A stretch of 41,227 bases of DNA from assembly GCA_900753165.1 (NCBI GenBank), contig CAADYC010000054.1:1-41227 (forward strand), given 5' to 3'. Shown here piece after piece: positions 35,451-41,227 of this stretch (positions are counted from its first letter, which is position 1; each line of letters opens with the position of its first letter). The translations under genes and the position numbers were made by a program. The notes under the pieces are model-generated. The model did no database searches. It saw nothing but the letters and a program-made list of their open reading frames with translations, and was not told where the DNA came from. Source of the DNA: Clostridia bacterium. Its GTDB lineage: Bacteria; Bacillota; Clostridia; TANB77; CAG-508.

Positions 35451-37421
35451 ATGAATTTAGAAGGTAAGATTCTAGGTAACAGATACGAAATTATTGAAAA
35501 AGTTGGAAACGGAGGAATGGCAACAGTTTATAAAGCCACAGACCTTGTTTTAAAAAGATATGTAGCAGTAAAAGTTTTAAGAGATGAATTTACAACTGAT
35601 GAAGAATTTATTAAAAGATTTGAAACAGAAGCACAATCAGCAGCAAGATTGGTACATGCAAATATTGTATCAATATTTGATGTTGGTGTTGATAATGGAA
35701 TTTATTATATAGTAATGGAATTGATACAAGGAAAAACTCTAAAAGAGATAATTGTTGGAGAAAGAGGACCACTTCCATGGAAATGGTCAGTAAATGTGGC
35801 AATTCAAATTGCATCGGCATTGGAAATGGCACATAAAAATAATATTATTCATAGAGATATAAAACCTCATAATATAATAATAACAGAAGATGGTGTTGCA
35901 AAGGTTACAGATTTTGGAATAGCTAAAGCTGTATCAAATTCAACAATTACAGCTTTTGGTACAACAATTGGTTCAGTACACTATTTTTCACCTGAACATG
36001 CAAGAGGTGGATATACAGATGCTAAATCAGATATATATTCATTAGGTGTTGTAATGTATGAAATGGTAACAGGTAAAGTTCCATTTGATGCAGATACTCC
36101 AGTATCAGTTGCATTAAAACATATGCAAGAAGATCCTGTACCACCAATTGAACTAAATCCACATTTACCAGAAGCGGTAAATAAAATAATATTAAAAGCT
36201 TTGAAAAAGGACCCAATGCTTAGATATCAAACAGCAACAGAACTTTTACAAGATTTAAAAATGGCACTTAAAAATCCATCAGGTGATTTTGTTGATGATG
36301 ATGAGTATGATCCAACAGCAAGAACACAAAGAATATCAACACAAGATGTAGAAAAAATGCAAAAGAATTCTAGAAAAAAAGAAGAAAATAAATTTATAAA
36401 ATTTATAAAAAAACATAAGGTTTTAAGCTCATTTATAGGATTAATATTGTTATTCTGTATAGCATTTGGTGGAACAATGTTGGTTTTGAATATAACAAAT
36501 CCTAAAGAAGTTGAAATGCCAGATGTTGTTGGACTTACAAGAGATGAAGCTCAACAAAAAATTGAAGGTGCTAAACTTAAATTTGAGGTTGCATCAGAAG
36601 AATATAATACTGATGTAGAAGAAAATCATATTATAAGTCAAGATCCAACTTATGTTGAAGGTTATAATAGAGTAAAACAAGGAAGTACAGTTAAAGTTGT
36701 AGTAAGTAAAGGTACTGAGAAAACTAAAGTTCCAAAGGTTATTGGATTGTCAAAAGATGATGCTATTGAAGCAATTGAAGATGCTAAATTGAAAGCAGAG
36801 ATTGTTGAAGAAGCTAGTAAAAAAATTGAAGAAGGATATGTAATTAGCCAAGAAACTGATGCTAATACAGAAGTAAATGCAGGAGAGACAATTAAAATAC
36901 ATGTAAGTACTGGAACAGAAAAGGTAACAGTTCCTGGAGTTGTTGGAAAATCTCAAGATGAAGCCAAAAAAACTCTTCAAGATTTAGGATTTGTTGTTAC
37001 TGTTACAACTACTGAAGATAGCTCTAAAGATAATGGAGTTGTTTTAAAACAAAGTTTGGATGAAGGTAAAACTGTAGAAAAAGGTTCTGATATTAATATT
37101 ACTGTAAACAAATTGGCAGAGATAAAAACAGTTCCTATCAAAGTTAATGTAAAATCATTACTTGATGGAAATATTTATGAAGTATCATCTGGAAATGAAA
37201 CAGAAGGAGAACAAAAAGTAAAGACGGTAAAGCTAGAAGTTAAAGTTGGAGATGATACTATTTATTCTCAGTCTGTAAAAGCTTCTGAAACATCAATATC
37301 AGTAGGAAATGCTAAAGGATCTGGAACAACAACTGTTAAGGTATATATAGATGGCGTATTAAAAAATGATGGAGGATATTCTTTAGTTTATAGTAATGTT
37401 AATTCATATACTGCGGAATAA
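35451..37421 (+). CDS. prkC: Ser/Thr protein kinase with PASTA repeats (PrkC/PknB type)
   Basis: Start at ATG 35451 (RBS AAAGGAGAG). Hanks kinase motifs GNGGMATVYKA, VAVK, HRDIKPHNI, DFG. A TM helix, three PASTA repeats (MPDVVGL.., VPKVIGL.., VPGVVGK..) and a beta-rich C-terminal domain. Confidence 0.92.
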   Translation: MNLEGKILGNRYEIIEKVGNGGMATVYKATDLVLKRYVAVKVLRDEFTTDEEFIKRFETEAQSAARLVHANIVSIFDVGVDNGIYYIVMELIQGKTLKEIIVGERGPLPWKWSVNVAIQIASALEMAHKNNIIHRDIKPHNIIITEDGVAKVTDFGIAKAVSNSTITAFGTTIGSVHYFSPEHARGGYTDAKSDIYSLGVVMYEMVTGKVPFDADTPVSVALKHMQEDPVPPIELNPHLPEAVNKIILKALKKDPMLRYQTATELLQDLKMALKNPSGDFVDDDEYDPTARTQRISTQDVEKMQKNSRKKEENKFIKFIKKHKVLSSFIGLILLFCIAFGGTMLVLNITNPKEVEMPDVVGLTRDEAQQKIEGAKLKFEVASEEYNTDVEENHIISQDPTYVEGYNRVKQGSTVKVVVSKGTEKTKVPKVIGLSKDDAIEAIEDAKLKAEIVEEASKKIEEGYVISQETDANTEVNAGETIKIHVSTGTEKVTVPGVVGKSQDEAKKTLQDLGFVVTVTTTEDSSKDNGVVLKQSLDEGKTVEKGSDINITVNKLAEIKTVPIKVNVKSLLDGNIYEVSSGNETEGEQKVKTVKLEVKVGDDTIYSQSVKASETSISVGNAKGSGTTTVKVYIDGVLKNDGGYSLVYSNVNSYTAE

Positions 37422-37466
37422 ATTAATTAATTCAAAAGTTAGAGAATATTTAAATTAATAAAGATT

Positions 37467-37492
37467 TTAAGACTACTGTAAGGTAGTCTTAA
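37467..37492 (+). terminator. Hairpin after prkC (terminator-like, no clear U-tract)
   Basis: TTAAGACTAC(37467-37476)/GTAGTCTTAA(37483-37492), loop TGTAAG. The downstream sequence is ATAATACC, so the intrinsic-terminator assignment is tentative. Confidence 0.35.
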
Positions 37493-37519
37493 ATAATACC
37501 TGAAAATATGTTGACATAA

Positions 37520-37548
37520 TTGACTTATACATAAAAAAATGGTAAAAT
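37520..37548 (+). promoter_or_regulatory. Sigma-A-type promoter (extended -10) of the 595-aa membrane protein gene
   Basis: TTGACT (37520-37525), 17 nt ending in TGG, TAAAAT (37543-37548). Confidence 0.45.
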
Positions 37549-37657
37549 TATAACAGTTACAATTAAAAATACTTAAATTGATAACTATCAATAGGAGGGA
37601 TAGTTCTTTATTTGTAACAATAACTTTAAAACCTATAAAACAATGGAGGAATACAAA

Positions 37658-39445
37658 ATGAAAATAGTAGGAAGAAGTATTGGAACAATAGTAGTTGCAA
37701 TTGTTTATTGGTTATTATACTATATTACTTTGCCAACATTATCACTGGCATACTTTGATGGGTTTATGTATGTTGGATGCGGTATTATAATTGCTGTAGC
37801 AGTAATTGTATGGTGGGTTTCAGCTTTAAAGAAGGTGAAAAATCCTTTAATAGTACCAATTGTAGTAACAGCAATACTTATTATAATGCTGATTATTGGT
37901 GCAATAGTAGGATGTGCACTGTTCAATTCAGAAAAAATGTATAAACAGATAGGAAGAATAGAGCAGAAATCCTTTAAAGATGATGTAGTAGAAATTGATA
38001 CATCTCAGATTCCAATGGTTGATATTGATCTTGCTGATAAATTAGCAGATAAAAAATTGGGAGATGAGGTTGCTTTAGGTTCTAAAGTAGAAGTTGGAGA
38101 ATTTACTAATAAACAACAAGTGAATGGAAAACTTGTATATGTTGCTCCATTAGATCATCGGTCTTTTTTTAAGTGGAGAGCCAATGAAGGTGGTACACCA
38201 GGATATGTTGTAGTTAGTGCTACAAATATGAATGATGTAAAATTGGTAAAAGAAGTTAATGGTAAAGCATTAAAAATCAAATATTCTGAATCGGCCTATT
38301 TTTCTGATAATCTGAAAAGAAATATTAGAAATAAAGGATTCAGAAATGTTGGATTAACAGAATATTCTTTCGAACTGGATGATGAAGGAAATCCATATTG
38401 GGTTGTAACAACATATAAAAATACAACTTTATGGGGGAATAAAGAAGCAACAGGAGTTGTTATTTGTGATCCTGAAACAGGAGATTGTGAATGGTATTCT
38501 GTTAAAGATGCACCAGAATGGGTTGATATTATTCAACCAGAAGAATTTATTAAAGACCAAATTAAGAATTATGGCGAATATGTTCATGGAGTATTTAATT
38601 TCTCTGATGAAGACAAATTATCTATGACAGAACATATGACAACTGTATATAATAATGGAGAATGTTATTATTACACAGGAATGAGTTCGGTAGGCAAAGA
38701 CAATGGAACAGTTGGTTTTGTTATGATTGATACCAGAGATAAATCTGCAAAGTTCTATAAAATGGTTGGTGCAACGGAAGAGGCCGCTATGAGTAGTGCT
38801 GAAGGTAAAGTACAAAATATGGGCTATACTGCTACAGAACCAATTCCTTTAAATATATCAGGAATACCAACATATTTTTGTACTTTAAAGGATAATGAAG
38901 GTCTTGTTAAGCAATATGCAATGCTTAACATCGAGGATTATTCAATTGTAGCAGTAGGAGACAACATTGCAGAGGCAAAAAGAAGTTACATTAATGCTAT
39001 GAATAATGTTGGGGTAAAGGTTGATTTTGGAGATGGAGAAGTATATGGCTATACGCAGGAAGGAATAGTAACTAGAATAGGTAATAATATTGAAAATGGT
39101 GAAACATATTATTATTTTATTCTGGATAATGATACCAGTAAACTGTATTTAGCTTCATATACCGTTTCGGAAGAATTACCTATTACTCGTGAAGGTGATA
39201 AGGTAAAGATATCATATTTAGATGAATCAAATGGCGCCATTAACATTGCAAGTTTTGATAACTTAGATTTTTCTCAAACAATTTCGGATAAACAGGAAGA
39301 GTATAATGAGGAAAAAGATGATAAAAACTTAGTTAATAATCCTGACAATAAGGTTATTAATGTAGATCCGGAAAAAGATCAAGCAACATGGGATAGCTTA
39401 ACGGAGGAGGAAAAAGCAAAATTATTAGAAAATTTGGAAAATTAA
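37658..39445 (+). CDS. Uncharacterised membrane protein: three N-terminal TM helices plus a ~500-aa extracytoplasmic domain and an acidic tail
   Basis: I chose the ATG 37658 start (GGAGGA 37645-37650, 7-nt spacing) over the ORF-track 37643. 595 aa. I recognise no family. It has its own promoter and terminator. Confidence 0.75.
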   Translation: MKIVGRSIGTIVVAIVYWLLYYITLPTLSLAYFDGFMYVGCGIIIAVAVIVWWVSALKKVKNPLIVPIVVTAILIIMLIIGAIVGCALFNSEKMYKQIGRIEQKSFKDDVVEIDTSQIPMVDIDLADKLADKKLGDEVALGSKVEVGEFTNKQQVNGKLVYVAPLDHRSFFKWRANEGGTPGYVVVSATNMNDVKLVKEVNGKALKIKYSESAYFSDNLKRNIRNKGFRNVGLTEYSFELDDEGNPYWVVTTYKNTTLWGNKEATGVVICDPETGDCEWYSVKDAPEWVDIIQPEEFIKDQIKNYGEYVHGVFNFSDEDKLSMTEHMTTVYNNGECYYYTGMSSVGKDNGTVGFVMIDTRDKSAKFYKMVGATEEAAMSSAEGKVQNMGYTATEPIPLNISGIPTYFCTLKDNEGLVKQYAMLNIEDYSIVAVGDNIAEAKRSYINAMNNVGVKVDFGDGEVYGYTQEGIVTRIGNNIENGETYYYFILDNDTSKLYLASYTVSEELPITREGDKVKISYLDESNGAINIASFDNLDFSQTISDKQEEYNEEKDDKNLVNNPDNKVINVDPEKDQATWDSLTEEEKAKLLENLEN

Positions 39446-39460
39446 ATGAGAACTATAACA

Positions 39461-39492
39461 AAAGTGGTGGAGTAATACTTCACCACTTTTTC
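39461..39492 (+). terminator. Intrinsic terminator after the membrane protein gene
   Basis: AAAGTGGTG(39461-39469)/CACCACTTT(39481-39489), then TTTC. Confidence 0.75.
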
Positions 39493-39590
39493 TCTAGCGT
39501 ATGATTATAGTGACTAAAGGGTGTAGATAATATTTTATATTAAATTTTAATTGTTGTATGTAAAATGCATCTAAAATTTTAATTAAAAAA

Positions 39591-39619
39591 TTGAAAAAAA
39601 TAAAATATAATGTTATAAT
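39591..39619 (+). promoter_or_regulatory. Sigma-A-type promoter (extended -10) of rsgA
   Basis: TTGAAA (39591-39596), 17 nt, TGT-TATAAT (39611-39619). Confidence 0.5.
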
Positions 39620-39677
39620 CATAAAAAAGTATTTAATAAAAATGTCAAAAGGTGTTTGATAAAATATTGGAGGAATA

Positions 39678-40593
39678 ATGCAAGGTTTAATAATAGAGAA
39701 CATATCAAACTTATATAAAATAGAAACAAAAAAACGGAATATATGAAGCAAATGCAAGAGGAAAATTTAAAAAAGAAGAAATAACACCAGTAGTAGGAGA
39801 TAAAGTAGAAATACAAATACTAGATGAGGAAAATAAGAAGGCAGTAATAGAAAAAATAGAAACAAGAATAACATATATAAAAAGACCTAAGATGAGTAAT
39901 ATAACACAACTGGTGTTAGTGGTATCAAGCAAAAATCCAAAGCCAGATTTATTATTATTAGACAAACAGTTAGCATTTGCAGAATATCTAGGAATAAAAC
40001 CAATAATTGTATTAAATAAAACAGATTTAGATAAAAAGAAAGAATTTGAAAAAATAAAAGAAGTATATCAAAATATAGGATATACAGTAATAGAAACAAT
40101 AGCGAAAGATTTATCAATAGAAAGTGAAAAAAAAAATATATATTTAACAGGAATTCAAGAATTAGAAAAGCATTTAAAAGGAAATATAAATGCATTTTCA
40201 GGAAATTCAGGAGTTGGAAAATCAACATTAATAAATGCAATATTCAAAGATACGATTACACAAGAAGGAGAAATAAGTCAAAGAAATAAAAAAGGTAAAA
40301 ATACTACAACATCAACTAGATTATATGAAATAGACGAAAATACATATATTGCAGATACACCAGGATTTTCAACATTTGATATATCAGAAATAGAATATAG
40401 AGAATTAGATAAATATTTTAAAGAATTTAAGCCATTACTAGAAGATTGCGAATTTGTTGGATGTACTCATATAAAAGAAGAAAATTGTGGAATAAAACAA
40501 GCATTACAGCAAGGAAAAATAGATAGTGGTAGATATGAAAGATTTTGTAAAATTTATGAAGAACTAAAAGAAAAGGATAAATATAAATATTAA
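39678..40593 (+). pseudogene. rsgA: Ribosome small-subunit biogenesis GTPase RsgA (CpgA/YloQ), with an apparent frameshift in an A7 run (39728-39734)
   Basis: ATG 39678 follows GGAGGA and encodes MQGLIIENISNLYKIETKK, then stops at 39744-39746. The +1 frame (open from 39724) continues GIYEANARGKFKKEEITPVVGDKVEIQILDEENKK... into the 39892 ORF, which carries NKTDL, GNSGVGKSTLINAI and the CEFVGCTHIKEENC zinc motif. Six A residues instead of seven would restore one frame. Confidence 0.85.
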
Positions 40594-40663
40594 TATTAAT
40601 TATATTTTGGTAACTAATGTCCTAAAAAGAAAGGACAAAAAATATAAAAATGGAGGAAATAAA

Positions 40664-41227
40664 ATGATAGAAGTTTCAACATCAATACTTTCAGTAAAAA
40701 AAGGTGAAGAATCACAAACATTTTTTGCACTTGAAAAGGCACATACAGATTATTTTCATATAGATGTAATGGATGGAAAATTTGTAGAAAAAGACACGTA
40801 TAAAAAAATGATAGAATATGCCTCATATATAAAAAGAATATCTAATTTACCATTAGATATACATTTGATGGTAGAGGATGTAAATTCAGCAATAGATGAC
40901 TTTTTAGCAGTTGAACCAAATATAATTACATTCCATTATGAAGCATGTAAAAATAAAGAAGAGGTTATGGAAATAATTAAAAAAATAAAAGATAATCATT
41001 GCAAAGTTGGTTTAAGTGTAAAACCAGAAACAAAACTAGAAGAAATATATAAATTTTTACCATATATTCATATGTGTTTGGTTATGACAGTAGAACCTGG
41101 AAAAGGAGGACAAACACTTTTAACAGATATGGTAGAAAAAATTGCAACTTTAAAAAAATATATTGATGATAATAATATTGAAATTGATATAGAGGCAGAT
41201 GGCGGAATTAACTTAAAAACAGCTGAA
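40664..41227 (+). CDS. rpe: Ribulose-phosphate 3-epimerase (3' end beyond the window)
   Basis: ATG 40664 follows GGAGGA. The frame is open to the window end. Motifs FHIDVMDGKFV, DIHLMV, MTVEPGKGGQ, ADGGIN. The ORF track omits it because the ORF has no stop within the window. Confidence 0.9.
   Translation, partial: MIEVSTSILSVKKGEESQTFFALEKAHTDYFHIDVMDGKFVEKDTYKKMIEYASYIKRISNLPLDIHLMVEDVNSAIDDFLAVEPNIITFHYEACKNKEEVMEIIKKIKDNHCKVGLSVKPETKLEEIYKFLPYIHMCLVMTVEPGKGGQTLLTDMVEKIATLKKYIDDNNIEIDIEADGGINLKTAE

Noticed and set aside
39494-40240. Minus-strand ORFs 39494-39757, 39619-39816, 39711-39965 and 39887-40240
   Set aside because: They overlap the rsgA promoter and coding region in antisense. 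The translations are L/F/I-rich shadows. The + strand encodes a recognisable RsgA once the frameshift is taken into account.
7861-40593. An alternative genetic code (for example stop-codon reassignment) as the explanation for the three interrupted genes
   Set aside because: Each interruption requires a change of reading frame, not read-through of a stop. All other genes terminate normally with standard stops and show no in-frame TGA, TAA or TAG.

Overview
Very AT-rich chromosomal segment (by eye about three quarters A+T) from a spore-forming low-GC Firmicute. The gene content looks Clostridia-like: spoIIM, spoVAC/AD/AE, a PASTA kinase, a split transketolase and Gram-positive type IV pilus genes. 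I count 43 protein-coding genes, nearly all housekeeping and mostly on the + strand. In order they are: a small charged protein, alpha-glucan phosphorylase, TmcAL (-), RNase HI, a three-gene cassette ending in an EndoQ-family nuclease, spoIIM, xerD, and infC-rpmI-rplT with its L20 leader. Next come an orphan 129-aa gene, a dodecin-spoVAC-spoVAD-spoVAE operon (-), rsmB, and a 9-kb type IV pilus cluster (pilMN, pilO, membrane protein, short pilin, pilD, two minor pilins, pilB, pilT, pilC). The rest are ROK glucokinase, a transketolase C-subunit, ftsEX followed by two coiled-coil M23 peptidases and an S41 protease, pgsA, greA, deoD (-), stp-prkC, an uncharacterised 595-aa membrane protein, rsgA and the 5' part of rpe. 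I see no rRNA, tRNA, CRISPR array, transposase, phage or recognisable defence genes, and no clear-cut new multi-gene system. The best candidates for a second look are these. (1) There are three long intergenic foldback/palindromic elements (5183-5324, 7605-7781, 33379-33754); the last makes the whole greA/deoD spacer a ~440-nt palindrome. (2) The first two elements exactly bracket the uncharacterised-uncharacterised-EndoQ cassette. (3) The type IV pilus cluster has a major pilin of only 66 mature residues, all three pilin-like proteins lack Glu+5, and the prepilin peptidase has a non-canonical second Asp motif. (4) A promoter-to-terminator insertion of an unknown membrane protein splits the conserved prkC-rsgA pair. 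(5) A dodecin gene is translationally coupled to spoVAC. (6) Three genes (spoIIM, a minor pilin, rsgA) carry apparent single-nucleotide frameshifts, which may reflect assembly quality rather than biology. All family assignments come from recognising motifs by eye, not from database searches.
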